From positions 16,926,038 through 16,990,037 of the forward strand of contig NC_058134.1 of the NCBI RefSeq assembly GCF_016433145.1: a stretch of 64,000 nucleotides of DNA, read 5' to 3'. Under the pieces are notes generated by a model, which saw only the letters and a program-made list of their open reading frames with translations, was not told the DNA's origin and did not search any database. Source of the DNA: Gracilinanus agilis. Taxonomy: Eukaryota. This document shows positions 47,646 through 61,389 of the stretch, piece by piece; the first letter of the stretch is position 1, and the number at the start of each line of letters is the position of its first letter. Made by a program: the position numbers and the translations under genes.

Positions 47646-50304
47646 NNNNNNNNNNNNNNNNNNNNNNNNNNNNNNNNNNNNNNNNNNNNNNNNNNNNNNN
47701 NNNNNNNNNNNNNNNNNNNNNNNNNNNNNNNNNNNNNNNNNNNNNNNNNNNNNNNNNNNNNNNNNNNNNNNNNNNNNNNNNNNNNNNNNNNNNNNNNNNN
47801 NNNNNNNNNNNNNNNNNNNNNNNNNNNNNNNNNNNNNNNNNNNNNNNNNNNATGCCATGTCCATAAATGAATAATTCATAATAGTGAAAGAGAAACTGGG
47901 CTCCTCTCAAGCACATTGCCTATCTCCTGGTCAGACCACACAAATCCCAGATGTCATCGAATGAATGCTTGGCCTGTAATCTGAGCTGTCTTCTTTTCCA
48001 TGTTGCATAATACTTAATGAAGAATACCACTAATAAAAAAATCAGCAATGTCCAGCCTCTTTGTCACACCCTGAAAGTTGAATGAACAGCGGCACAGTTT
48101 CATAGAAAGAAGCTGGGCCTGGAGGGAGAAAGCCGGGGTTTGAATCCTGTATCAGCCACCTCTTGGATAAACCACTTAACCTCTGGTGGTCTCAGTTTCC
48201 TTATCTGCAAAAGGAGGGGGTTGGACTAGGTAGCTCACTTCCAGCCGTGAACCCAGGAGCCTGCGTTCCCAACTTCCCCCATGTTTTTGCTTTGGTAATC
48301 TGTGAATTCCCGGGTTCACCCGGGTCCCAGAAGTTAAGGCCAAATGGTTTATTTGTATTTCTCCAGCCGAGTCCTCTTCCTCGAGTACCGGGTGATAAGA
48401 TGAATCTAACAGCTCCTCCGTGGGGATCACTTATACACGAAGATAAGCAGAGCCCCACATTTAAAACATTTTCCCTCGCTTCCCTGATAAAGGAGTCTGT
48501 AGTAACAAGTGCATTAGTCCGACATTTGCAACTTTTAAAGAGAAACACGGCTCGGGCTCTAGTTAGCCAATAGGTCGTTAATTCGTCCATACTTCTCCAC
48601 CAAGATTTATCGCTGACCGGCAGCTAAAATATGCTTTTAAGGGAACTGTCAAGCCTTCAAATAGGCAACAGAAAATAGATTCCAGCCTTTTACAACAAAC
48701 ACAGATACGGTTACAATGACAATCTGTCTCCGACAAAAAGACTCCCACTCCTCGGCCAGTGACAGTCTGACCCATCTGGAACACAACCGGATTAGAGGAG
48801 ATCCTGAAAGAATCTGAGTGTTTCCACCTTCGAGTCTGGCCTGCGAGAGGTGGATCCGAGGTTGAAATGTTTGGGCCAAATATTTCTTTGTGGCCACTTG
48901 GTTGATGAGTTGTTTCTCTTGCTTTGGGTCAAGGTAAATGAATGTATCAAGATCAACTCTAGCCATTTACTTTAATTTATTCCCATTGTCCTTCACCCTG
49001 AAAGCAGAAGGCGAGCAGGGAGTTGTTATTAGTGGAATCCTTAGGAACTGGGAGGATAAACAATGTACATCAGAGAGGTCAGGATGGGGGACGCTCTATA
49101 ATCTTAAGATAACTTGTGTAAACCACCGCAAGGACTGGGAATGGGGTGTATAAACACACTTCAAGTAAGTATAGATGGGCTAATCTTTCACCCAGGCCTA
49201 TTTTTTTTTAAAGGGATGGTATGTAATTCGAACAATTCTAACCGTGTCCAATCGCTCTCTGCTTGGAGGAGAAAGGACACTTACCTGAGTTATAAATAGA
49301 CTACGGCATCATGGGGCCGGGGGGGAATGGGCAGGGCTAGAAGATCTGGCTCGGGTCTCTTCTGGCAGCTGGCCAGGCAGCTTTAGGCGGGTGGACCCGG
49401 TTTGGGCCTCTGTTTTGTCATCTGCAAAATGAAGAGGTTGGACTCTACGGTTCTTCCAGCTTTAAGCCCATTATTGTACCTGCCTGATAGGATTATTGAA
49501 TGAGTTGAGCTCTCTGCCAACCTGAAAGCATTCTGTAAATAGCAGGTCTAGTGGCACCAAGGCCCATTCCAGCTGGAATATTCGGTGCCTTTGCTATGGG
49601 CATCTGCTTCCCCTTGGGAGGTAGACCTTGCCTCTCTGAATTCTGTGTTGTTTTTTTGTTTTTGTTTTTAAACCCTCACGTTCTATCTTAGAATCAATAC
49701 TGTGTATTGGTTCAGAAGAGTAGTCAGGGCTAGGCAATGGGGGTTAAGGGACTTTGCCAGGGTCACACGGCTCTCCTAATTCCTTTTTTCCCCTATGTTT
49801 ATACCACTTTATTTTTTTAATTCATCATTGATTGATTGATTGATTTTTTAAGAAAAATTTTCTATGGTTATGTGATTCATGTTCTTACTTTCCCCTTCAC
49901 CCCTCCCCTCCCCTCCCCCCCCAACATATCAGCCACTGGTTTTAACATGCGTCATCTATCAAGACCTATTTCCATATTATTGATAGTTGCATTGGTGTGG
50001 AGCTCTCCTGATTCTTGAGGCAAACTTGGGAACCTCATTACAAATGGGATGCATGCTTATCCTCAGAAGCACTAGAGAAGAAATCCTTTGATTTGTAAGA
50101 TCGGGAGAGGGTGATAGTCACTTGTGGTCTGTGCCCAGGTCTACCAAGTTTAGAACCAACAAAAGCAGACCTCTAGAGGCCGGGGTGCCTGGCAAGAAGC
50201 AGAGATAGATATTTGTCTTCCTCTCCCTGAGCACTATGGGCTAGGACCAGGTGATGGTAAGGGTCCTGAATGGGAAAGCAGGTTTCTGGCTAGCCCAATG
50301 TGTC

Positions 50305-50408
50305 CTCTTCTTCCTCCTCTTCCTCCTTTCTCTACTTCCTCCTTCCTCTTCTTCTTCCTCTCCCTCCTCCTCTCCCTCCTTCTCTTCCTCCTCCTCCACC
50401 TCCTCCAT
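50305..50408. repeat. (CTC/CTT)n polypyrimidine repeat
   Basis: Directly visible. Confidence 0.9.
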
Positions 50409-52357
50409 CATGACCTCCATTGAGCTGGTTAAAAGGAAAAACCAGAGAGCTTCCCCTTCGGAAGGCTACGGATTCACAGATTCACGATGACTGCAAATCC
50501 CCTTTCAATTTGGTAGTCAAGAGACATCCTAAGAAATATTCTGATGAGACATTTAATCAGCTGAGTGTCTTCCTGCTGCTTAGACACATCTACACGTCTA
50601 CACGTCCTTGTAGTCTCCAGATATTTTCTTTGAGACAGTAGCCATGTGCCTTCCTCTCCTAGGTAAGTCTGTTTCAGCAGAGGGGCGATTCCATTCCCTT
50701 TTAGATCAGCTAAGACTTTTAGAACCTCAGGAGTACGTTGTTTCTATCCGCAAATGTTTCTTTTCTCCCCGCCTTCTGTAAGTGTAGACCTCAGTATTCC
50801 AAGGACCCTGTCATTTATCAAAATGTGCATCTGCCCATTACCACGACTTACCGCCCCTTTAACTTAGCTGACAGTCTTTGGGAATTGCTGCAAAACAAGC
50901 CCCTTCTCTGCATGTCCAAGGGGCCGGAAAGCTGCAATTCAGGGGAGAAACAGCAGATGGGAGCAGTGGAGACGGGACGGAAGCAGCTCGGAAGGAGGAG
51001 CCAGCAGATGGCAGTGCGGAGGAGCGAACAGACCAGCAGAGGAGCGGACAGTCAGACATCACTGCAGCAGCAGCTGATCCCGGGGCTTCCTGGGGAAGTA
51101 AATAGCCGGGTTTGGTGCAGGGAGGTGGACTTCCCTGGGCTCATAGCTTGCCCTAGCTATTGCGTTCTCCGGATTCCTGTGTTTCCCACCCAGGACGTTG
51201 CATGTAGAAACTGGACTGATTCTGGAGTTGGAGGATCTAGGTCCAAACCCACCCACTGACACTTACAACTTGCGTGACCTTACCTCTTTGGGCCTCAGTT
51301 TCCTCATCTATAAAGTGGAAGGATTGAACAAGAAGGCCTCCGAGTTCTCTTTTAATTCTTGGGAAGCCTTCTCAACTCTACTTCCTTAGTCATGCATGTA
51401 TTTCCTCTCCAACCAATGGTTTAGCAACCTGTGGGAGAGGGTATCGCTGTGCACGTGGGAGGAAATTCCCTTTATTGCTAATTTTGCTGTGTTGTTTAAT
51501 TGAGTGTTATTTGCTTTGAAGTAGCTTGGCCGCTGGTTGGTCTGGTAAAGGAAACATTGGTGGGGGCTCGTGGACTGTGCTTTTGAGTGGTCAACAACCA
51601 AAGGGAGCTGGATTAGAGTATATAGGGATAATCTTAACAAGCATACGCTTAATATTGAAATAGTAAACGTTTAAACACATCCAGCTTAAAGAGAAAAGAA
51701 GGAAAGGAAGAGAGGTATCAGGAGCCAGAAAAGAATTCTTAGGGTATTTTGGCTGGTTATTTGGAGAAGACTGAAGCCACCATCTAATATGAATAGCCAA
51801 TCTCTTGTTATAGTGATAGGGGACAAGGCTAGAAAGGCTATCTAGGTAATCTGCTGTCCTCAGATTAAACCAGACCTAATTACCTGCCCCCCTCCTCCCC
51901 CAACCATGGGATTCAAACATTTTTTTTAAGCTCTTACTGTGCATCTTAGAATCAATATTAAATATTGGGTCCAAGGCAGAAGAGTGGTAAGGGCTAGGCA
52001 ACAGGGGTGAAGTGACTTACCCAAGAAGTGTTTGAGGCCACATTTGGTCTTCCTGACTCCAGGCTGGCACCTTATCCACTATCCCACCTAGACCTAGTTG
52101 CCCCTGAAGAGGTGGGTGCTATTATTATGCTCTTTTAACAGATAAGAAAACTAAGGTAGATAGAAACAATTTGCCCAAGAAGTGATTTGTTCATTGTTAC
52201 TCAGTTGGTGACTCAGTGGATAGAGCACTAAGTTTGGAGTCAGGAAGATTCATATTCCTAAATTCAAATCTGGCCTCAGACACTTCTGAGCTGTGTGACC
52301 CTGGACAAGTCACTTCATCTCATTTGCCTCTGTTTTCTCATCTGTAAAATGAACTGG

Positions 52358-52557
52358 TGGGCAGCTGGGTAGCTCAGTGGAGTGAGAGTCAGGCCTAGAG
52401 ACAGGAGGTCCTAGGTTCAAACCCGGCCTCAGCCACTTCCCAGCTGTGTGACCCTGGGCAAGTTACTTGACCCCCATTGCCCACCCTTACCAATCTTCCA
52501 CCTATGAGACAATACACCGAAGTACAAGGGTTAAAAAAAAATTAAAAAAAAATTAAT
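52358..52557 (+). mobile_element. Young SINE1_Mdo-like SINE nested in the CORE of an older MAR1/MIR-type SINE
   Basis: 15-bp TSD tgtaaaatgaactgg at 52343-52357 and 52558-52572. Confidence 0.92.
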
Positions 52558-55181
52558 TGTAAAATGAACTGGAGAAGGAAATAATAAGCCACTCCAGTAT
52601 CTCTGCCAAGAAAACCCCAAAGGGGTTGCAAAGAGTCAGACATAACTGAAATGACTGAACAACAACAAGAACAACACATAGCTAGTAAGTATTTGAGGCT
52701 GGATTTGAACTCAGTTCTTCCTGACTATGCCTGATTCTGATCTATCCAGTTGCCATCAGTTCTGTTCATGTACCTTCTTGTGCGCCTTGGTAATACAAGG
52801 CAGAATTTATCTTTCCATGACCTTTTGGGTCCCTCACAATTTTGATTCTTCTGAAATCCTGGTGCTCCATGATTTGTTTGATATGGAAATATATGGAGAA
52901 CTGGCCTTTGAAAAGATGGATGGTGGCGAGCCACTTCTTCTCAGCTTCCCATGCGGGTCCCAAACCACTCTTTTCCTATTGAGTTTTGGATCCAATTCAT
53001 TTATTCATTTACTTGGAAACAATCATTAATTTGTACTGTAGTCTTTCCTTCTCTGTGATAACTACTCCCAATTCCATTAGCCAACCTTCATGAGTTGAAC
53101 TTGAACCCTAAAATCCTCTTTCTTTAAAAAACAACAACAGACCTCAGAATCAATACTATCAATTCTAAGACAGAAGAATAAGGGCCAGGCAATTGGGGTT
53201 AAGTGATTTGCACAGAGTCACACAGGTTGGAAGTGTTTGAGGTCAGATTGGAACTCAGAACCTCCAGGTCTGGTTCTCAGCCCACTGAGCCACCTAGCTG
53301 TCCCTCCTAAAATTTTTTCCATGACTATCTTGGGTGACAACGTCCCAAATTCAGATGAGAAAATGTACATAAACACTTTAGAAAGCTTAAAAGTCTATAT
53401 AAATCTAAACTATTACTATTATTATTAGTGATAACCACAACTTGTTATTATCAGAGTTTCTCTAAAAGGGTCTGATCAGTGTTTAGGAAAGCAAATGGCT
53501 AATTTCTTGGTCTTTTTTTTTTAAACATATCCCAAGTGTCGATTCAGATGATCATAGTCCAATATGCCTCCTAGAGCCTTTTAAATTATTAACAAAGTGA
53601 AGTGCTTATGGAATACTCATAGTGCACTGGGCNNNNNNNNNNNNNNNNNNNNNNNNNNNNNNNNNNNNNNNNNNNNNNNNNNNNNNNNNNNNNNNNNNNN
53701 NNNNNNNNNNNNNNNNNNNNNNNNNNNNNNNNNNNNNNNNNNNNNNNNNNNNNNNNNNNNNNNNNNNNNNNNNNNNNNNNNNNNNNNNNNNNNNNNNNNN
53801 NNNNNNNNNNNNAGGAAGTAGAAAAGAAAGAAATGTAGAAGGAAAGAAAGAAGCAAAAAAAAAAAAAGAAAGGAAAGAAGGAATTAAAAAATTTGAATAT
53901 CACCCTAAAAACAAATGAAGGTCTGACTGGACAGAGCTGTGATTTAAAAAGAAAGCCAGTCCAAACTCTCAGAGAAGGCAGAGAAAACCTTTTTATTTTT
54001 TTACACAGATAGAGGATGGGTCCTCAAGATAGACACCAGAGCCGCAAATCATACATGCAAGGAAAACTTATGATCATTTTTCTGAAGGGGCAAAAACCAT
54101 GTGATAACAAAGGGAGGAGGCAGCAATAGCATCTGTGGTGGCCCACGTGGCCATGGAAACTTGGCTGAAAGATGAAATAGTTTGATTTTTTCTTAAATTA
54201 AAAATTTTTTTCAATTAAAAAATCTTTTCTCTCTCTCTTTCTCTCCCCCAACTCCTCCTCCCATTGGAAAAAAATTAGGAAAAAAGGAATAAAACCCTTC
54301 TAACTAATGTACACAGTCTTACAAACCTTATTCCTACCTTGGCCATATCCAAGGCATAATGTCTGCATCCTGTATCACCTTTTTAACATGTAGAAGAAGT
54401 GAGAGCAGATTTTTCTATTTATATAAGAATGGCTGAAATGTTGTATACAGCAGAAAAAAGAGACAAAAAATATGAGGCACACCCAGGAATGTTTTCATAT
54501 ATATATATATATATATATATAAAATTTTAAATATTCTGTTGTAATTGTATTTATTATTTTTAAAAATTTTTTATTTTTTAGAATATTTTCCCATGGTTAC
54601 ATGATTCGTGTTCTCCCCTCCCAACCCCTCCCTCCCTCCCTGTAGCCAACTCACAATTCCACTGGTTTTTACATGTATCATCTAATATATTTTTATTTAT
54701 TTTGTTAAATATTTCCCAGTTATAGGTAAAATTATTTTTAACATTCATTAAAAAAAACCCTTACCTTCTATCTTAGAAGTCATATTGTATATTAGTTCCA
54801 AGGCAGAAGAGCTGTAAGGGCTAAGCAATAGAGATCCCAGACTTCCCCAGGGTCCCACACCTAGGAAATGTCTGAGGTCACATTTGAACCCAGAACCTCT
54901 CATCTTTAGGCCTGGCTCTCCATTCACTGAAACACCTAACTACCTTCTTTAACATTCATTTTAAAAAATGTTGAGTTCCAAATTCTCTCTCTCCCTCCTC
55001 CATCCCAAGGGATTTTCTCTAAAAAAATGTTGTCTTTATTCCTTTGTTTTCCACACTCCCTGTTATATTTACCATTATACTACCTTCCCCTCACCACTGA
55101 ACTGTTCTTTGTCTCAGAGAAGAAAAAGCTAAGTAAAACCACCAGACAAAACAATGGCATCTGTTATCTGTTGATCTAGGC

Positions 55182-55387
55182 CAGGGGTCGGCTTCGTATG
55201 GCTCTCAAGCCATATCTGGCTCTTTTGAGGGCCAGATATGACTCTTTCTGCAGGAGCCATAAAGTCCATTTTTTTTCAGGCTCTGTTACAGGAGCGGCAC
55301 TGTGAGCACTGGGCGGCTCTCACGAAATGACATTTTAAAAAATGTGGCGTTTATGGCTCTCATGGCCAAAAAGGTTGCCAACCCCTG
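55182..55387. mobile_element. hAT MITE of a second family (206 bp)
   Basis: TIRs CAGGGGTCGGC...GTTGCCAACCCCTG. 8-bp TSD atctaggc/aactaggc (7 of 8 match). Confidence 0.9.
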
Positions 55388-55776
55388 AACTAGGCAGTGT
55401 TTGATATTTATAGCATCCCACCTCCTGACAAAGAAAAAGAATTGCTAAAAAGTATGTAGCATTTTAGGGTTTGCAAAGTGCTTTGCTTCTATTACATCCT
55501 TTGATCCCCACACTAACTCTGTATGGTAGGTGCTATTATTTTCACCATTTTTAGTCAGCTAGATAGCAGGTTAGTGCTTTGGGCTTGGAGTCAGGATGAT
55601 CTGGATCTCAGGCACTTACCAGCTGTGTGACCCTGGAAAAGTCCTTGAAAGTCTACCTCAGTTTCCGCAACTGAAAAATGAGAATAATAGCACCTACTGT
55701 TCAAGGTTTATGTGAGGATAAAATGATATAGTATTTGTGAAGCTCTCTGGGCACTTAAAGTACTACACAAATTCTA

Positions 55777-55826
<50 letters not shown>
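55777..55826. repeat. (TAT)n microsatellite
   Basis: Directly visible. Confidence 0.95.
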
Positions 55827-55827
<1 letters not shown>

Positions 55828-57099
55828 CAAATCAAGAAACCCAGGATGAAAGAGATTAAATGATTTGCTCAGCAGGATTCAAACCTGGCTCTTTCAGACT
55901 CTTAAGTCCAATATTCCATCTGTTGTGTCACATGTATTTCATCTTTTCTCTGAGACTAAACTGGATGACTGTCATGAATCTGAGCTCAGCTGCTTTTTAG
56001 CCTTTTCTTTTTTTTTTACATTATTATAGTTTTCACTCATCTTGTTCTCATGGTTTTGCTTTCTTCATACTGTGCCACTGTATACAAGTATCCAGCATGT
56101 GTATATGCGAGTGGATGACTCTGTATATTTTATTATTCTAATGCATTCTAATTCATATTCTAATAGGTTTCTCACTTCAAAATGGGTAAAACACATGTTG
56201 CTGAAGTTTTCATAGCTGATTTAGCTTTGGAATGAAATGCTATCTGGTATCACGATTTTTTAAGTGTGTACTTTACATATAGAAGAAAGAAAGACTTAGA
56301 CTCTTAGATCTAGACAGGTGAGACCTTATTCAGTCCCTTTGTTTTAAGCTGAGAGGTTGTCTTTTTCTCCAATTTCTAAAAAATTTTTACGTAGAGTTGG
56401 TAGAGTTGGATGGGAAGTGGCAATTTGAATTGTTGCTTGCATAGGTTAGGGTTCCCTTGGTATGAAATCCCTCTCCCACTTCAGCTACACCCAGGTTCAT
56501 GGTATTATTTCTGGGAAAGATTTGTCTATATAAAATTATAGCTTTGAGCCCCCATGAACGTATCTCTTTGTCCCAGACCAAGTCAGATGACATTAATTCA
56601 AGGCAAAAGGCACTTAAGCACAATAGCAAGTTAAATAAAAAAGAAAAGGCAACCATATGTAAAGGGGCTCAGTCTCCTACAGATTTCTATGTTACCAGAA
56701 CCAGAGGCAGTTCTCTAGTTATAATACTGAAAAATTTACACTCTTAGGATTGTGTCTCAGCTGAGGTACCTCACTGTTGCTTTCTTTTACTGCTAGTTAT
56801 TTCTCTTCCAAACTGCTTCTGTCATCTGCCTCTGTGTCAGAACTCTTTCCACCTTCCTTGGTTTCTTCTTCCTTAAAGAAAGTATTTATCAATTTATTAT
56901 GAGGTTGACCATGCCTAAGGGCTATTTCAGCTTTTTTGTTAGTCAGATATGTAACTGCACCTAGTCAGCACAGCAAAGAGGTCCAGAGATCAAATTCTTT
57001 CCTTTAAAAAAAAAATTCCTTAGTTTTGTCAACAATTATTATCTCTCTCTTCCACTGTCTGCCCTCCCCCTCAATTGAACTATTAAAAAAGAAACTTAA

Positions 57100-57294
57100 G
57101 GGGCAGCTGGGTAGCTCAGTGGATTGAGAGCCAGGCCTGGAGACGGGAGGTCCTAGGTTCAAATCCGGCCTCAGACACTTCCCAGCTATGTGACCCTGGG
57201 CAAGTCACTTGACCCCCATTGCCCACCCTTACCAATCTTCCACCTATAAGTCAATACACAGAAGTTAAGGGGTTTAAAAATAAAAAAAAAATTA
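57100..57294 (+). mobile_element. Young SINE1_Mdo-like SINE with ~15-bp TSD
   Basis: aaaaaagaaacttaa on both sides. Confidence 0.9.
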
Positions 57295-57438
57295 AAAAAA
57301 AGAAACTTAAAACCCTCAATACAAATATGCATAGTCCAGTAATAGAAAGTCTCATATTAGCCTTGTCCAAAAATGTACTATATATCTAATTCTACATTTA
57401 AATCCCATGCCTCTCTAGATGGATATGGTAGTTTCAGC

Positions 57439-58476
57439 TGTGTAAATGGAATTAGCTCGAGCCCATTAATAGTCAAAAATCTACCCATCCTAGGCGTAGA
57501 AATGATGTAATCCTCACCTTCCTTAGTGGGAAGGGGAGACAAGTTACTCACACGTGACAATGAGTAGCAAATCCAGAACAAGGGATTGCCCTTTGGGCAG
57601 TCCAAATCAATGTAGAGACTGCCATTTGTCCATTTGAATTAGAGGTGGACCCACAGGAAGTGACGAAGGACACTATCTCTTTAAGTATGTTACTCACTTC
57701 CTGTGGAGGCAGTTCCAGTTCGAACTTGGTGCTGAAGGATCTCCTGAGACCACAGACAGCTTACACTCTATATTGTCACGTGGGTAAGTTAGGCTGACTT
57801 CCTTGGCCTAGCTGGGCCGCTTCCAAACTCTGCCTATCTGGCTGTTAGGCCTTGTGGCTTGCAGCTTCATTTATTTAGCTTTTTAACCTTCTCTCTCTGT
57901 CTAGGCCTTTGGCCTGGACTAGCCTCTCCCTTTTTCTCTTTATTCTTATACTTTTACCTTCCTGATTGTAAATAAACTTGCCTCAACCCGATGCTGACTT
58001 GGGTCTGATTTAATTACAGAATCAACCTGAATTGTTGATTCCTGGTGGCTACACATTTTAATATATATCTATAAATACCTAAATTTTCCTTCTTACATTT
58101 CCCTTCGTGGTTGCCAAAATTATAAAGATGAAAAATAATAAAGGCTGATATAATAATATAAATTAGTATTTTAATTAAAGCCATGCTGATAGATAAAGTC
58201 ATTAGACCATGCGCTTGTAAGAATTCAAAACTGCCGCCCGCGCCATTATTGTTACCTCCCGTCTCCTCCTGAGTCTGCTGACCAAGAGACCACTCCCTCC
58301 TAACCCAGGAGATTTAAACTGTTCTCTGCGTGGAGACGTAGGTGTCCCCATGCCCAAAGAACCGGAACCAGAAACCCGTTGGAGCACGGGAAATGTAGTT
58401 CGATAGTTCCCATGTGTCCATAGAAAATACATATATATATACTTAAAGATGGCATCTCCCAAATTTCATTCTTACA
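57439..58476. mobile_element. Composite LTR-like insertion in an L1 relic
   Basis: TG...CA ends with CAGC on both sides (57435-57438 and 58477-58480). AATAAA at 57971 and an internal ttcttaca end at 58097. Confidence 0.65.
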
Positions 58477-58709
58477 CAGCTTGGGTTCATGTTATATCAT
58501 TGGGCTCATTAAAGTTCTAAAGTCTTTCAAAATTATTCTTCTCTGTAACATTATTGTGATTTTTGGGTCTTTATCAATTCACAGAGGCCTTCCAGATTTT
58601 CTCTAAAACTGTCCATTTTATCACTTCTTATAGCAAAATAATTTGTTCACAATTCCCTAAGAGGTGAGTACCCCTTTTGTTTCTAGTTTTTAGTTATTAT
58701 AAAAAAAAC

Positions 58710-59223
58710 TGTGGGAAGTCAATAAGAGAATAGAGAAAAATCTGAGACTCTTCTTTTGACTCCTTTTCTGATGCATACCTTTCCTTATTGAAAAGCTTTA
58801 AGCTCTTAGCAAACCAGTTGTCAAGAGGTTAACATTCTTCCCCTTTGGTCAGAAATACAGCCGCTTGGCAACCCAAGGCCAAAACCTTAGTTTAGCAGGG
58901 GCATTTTGCCCTGGAGAAAAGTGTTCTTAGACTTAGCTTGTTGATAATCACACAGCTGAAGGTCCAGCCTGGTTCTTATCTTCACCTGAAGCTTTTAAGC
59001 CTGTTGTATTGTCTGTGTTAAAAATGCAGCTCTGCACAGTTGTGGGAAACTTTCCTTGTGCTTTTGGGTGAAAAAGAGTTTGAATTTTCATATATAATAA
59101 GCTTGTGACTCGATGGCACTTCGGAGAAGCAGCTATGAATTAACAGTCAAGATCATCTGGTTACTTCTTATCAACTAAGCCGTCCTTATCAGATTATGTG
59201 GAGATGATAAATAGATCTCGACA
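58710..59223. mobile_element. Probable solo LTR (514 bp) interrupting an L1 3' relic
   Basis: TG...CA termini, flanks aaaac/aaaag; the L1 text resumes at gctgctataaatatt. Confidence 0.55.
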
Positions 59224-59260
59224 AAAAGCTGCTATAAATATTATACATATAGGTCCTTTT

Positions 59261-59463
59261 TTTTAAACATATATTTTTTATTTTTTTAAACCCTTAACTT
59301 CTGTGTATTGGCTCCTAGGTGGAAGAGTGGTAAGGGTGGGCAATGGGGGTCAAGTGACTTGCCCAGGGTCACACAGCTGAGAAGTGTCTGAGGCCAGATT
59401 TGAACCTAGGACCTCCTGTCTCTAGACCTGACTCTCAATCCACTGAGCTACCCAGCTGCCCCC
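59261..59463 (-). mobile_element. Young SINE1_Mdo-like SINE with 16-bp TSD
   Basis: acatataggtcctttt at 59245-59260 and 59464-59479. Confidence 0.92.
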
Positions 59464-61155
59464 ACATATAGGTCCTTTTAATCACTCTTTGATTTTAAAA
59501 TCTCCCAGCAGTAAGCCAGGTCAGAAAATATACAGAGTTTATTAACTTCTGAGGCATAATTCAATGCTTTCTGGAATGGCTGCACCAATTCAAAAGTCTG
59601 TTAATGGTGTACTAATACACTTCTTTAACAATCATTTTCCTCTTCTGTCAACTCTTCCAGTATGATTGGTTTGAGGGAGAACCTCAGGGTTGCTTTAATT
59701 TACATTTCTCTAATTAGTGATATGGAACATTTTTTCATAAGGTCGTTCATAGCTTGGATTGTTCCTTTGAAAATTGCCCATTCGTATCCTTTGGTCAAAG
59801 TCTTGCTTTTTGACAACCTCTCACCCCTTCAAGCTTGTTTGCTGTTTTAGTTGGGGTGAATAAATTCCTTTTGTTTCCCAACACGCCTTGTGGCTGCTAC
59901 CAGGACCATGCAAATTACCCTGGAGCTTCACTGAGCAGTCCTGGAGTCTCAGGGTAAAGCAGGCAAGCTTTGCTCTGTATTCCCAGTCCTATTCCCCTTA
60001 GACATGAAAGAGATTCATTTAAAAGAAAGTACATTCCTACTGTCATTTTGGACACTGGAAGAGAATTTTGTTTAATGATGCCTCACCAGGAAAAATGTGC
60101 ATCAAAGAGTCCACATGGATCATGGTTCCATTAAAGACATGGTCATGTATTTGAGGATGATACATTTTGTCCTCGTGGCGTTTCCCTTCTTTACCCACTT
60201 ATTTCTGCCCAGAACTCCTAGCAATTTCTTCAAACACCACATAAACACCTGGTTGTGTGTGGCAGTACAGTCTTTTGGTTCAATGCTATTTGGGCTCAAG
60301 AATCCATCCTCCATTTCTTCTCTCTTCCCCCACCCTTGATGCCTATGGATCAATGGACATTCAGGAGCTGCGATGCAGTCAGTCAGAATTGTGACCCCAG
60401 TGCCCAGGGCCTCATATGTAGGCACTCAAACCACTGAGAAAATTTGTATAAATATGCAAATGTTTCTGGTATGGGGTATAGATTCTTATTACAGCACCAA
60501 GAGAGAACACTTTACCTATGGAGTAATTTTTTATCCAGCAAGTGACTATATAGACTATCTAGTCAGCCCCAATTTATTTTTGTGATTTGAAGATGAACAG
60601 CTCCCTGTGGGGTATTTTGACTTGAAATTCAACATTTCTCCAAACAGAATTAATTATTTCCCCTCATACATTAGACTGTCAGCTCCTTGAGGGCAGGCAT
60701 TATCTTTTTTAAAAAAACAAAACATTTACTTTCTGTCTTGGTATCAATTCCAAGCAAAAAAGTAGTAAGGGATAGGCAACTGGGGTTAAGGGACTTGTCC
60801 AAGAGTTACATGGCTAGGAAGTGACTGAGACCAGATTTGAACCCAGGTCCTCCTAAGTCAAGGATTGCCTTTTGCCTTTTCTTGCAGAACCACTACTGAG
60901 AATAGTGTCCAGTAGGTGTTTAATAAATGCTGATTGAATACACTAGCCTCATCATCTCTGCTGAGAGTACTGTCATCCTCTTAGTCACTTGCTAGTTCCC
61001 GTAGAGTCATTCTTGACTTTTTGTTCCCTTTTGATGCCATCTTTGGCACTGGCTTTCCAGTCCTTGCTGATTCTGACTTCATCACATCTGACACTTTAGT
61101 CACTCTTGGCTCACATGGCCATACTTCCAGGTCAGATCTTTATCCTCTCCTCTTG

Positions 61156-61350
61156 TTTTTTTTCTTCTTCTTTTTTTTTTAACCCTTCTGTGTATTGGCT
61201 CCTAGGTGGAAGAGTGGTAAGGGTGGGCAATGGGGATCAAGTGACTTGCCCAGGGTCACACAGCTAGGAAGTGTCTGAGGCCGGATTTGAACCTAGGACC
61301 TCCTGTCTCTAGGTCTGACTCTCAATCCACTGAGCTACCCAGCTGCCCCC
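61156..61350 (-). mobile_element. Young SINE1_Mdo-like SINE with TSD
   Basis: tatcctctcct at 61141 and 61351. Confidence 0.9.
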
Positions 61351-61389
61351 TATCCTCTCCTTTTGAACTGTGGCAATAGTCTCCTAATT

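Noticed and set aside
47146-47916. ORFs spanning the GA repeat and gap
   Set aside because: Built from microsatellite and Ns.
57627-58053. Shorter LTR bounded by CATT/CATT
   Set aside because: A 4-bp match is likely by chance among several TG/CA options, and the LTR-like text continues on both sides.
60097-60440. Protein-like ORFs on both strands (possible pseudogene or endogenous viral element)
   Set aside because: I could not match any frame to a known family, and one promising minus frame has stops. A tBLASTx search would be needed.
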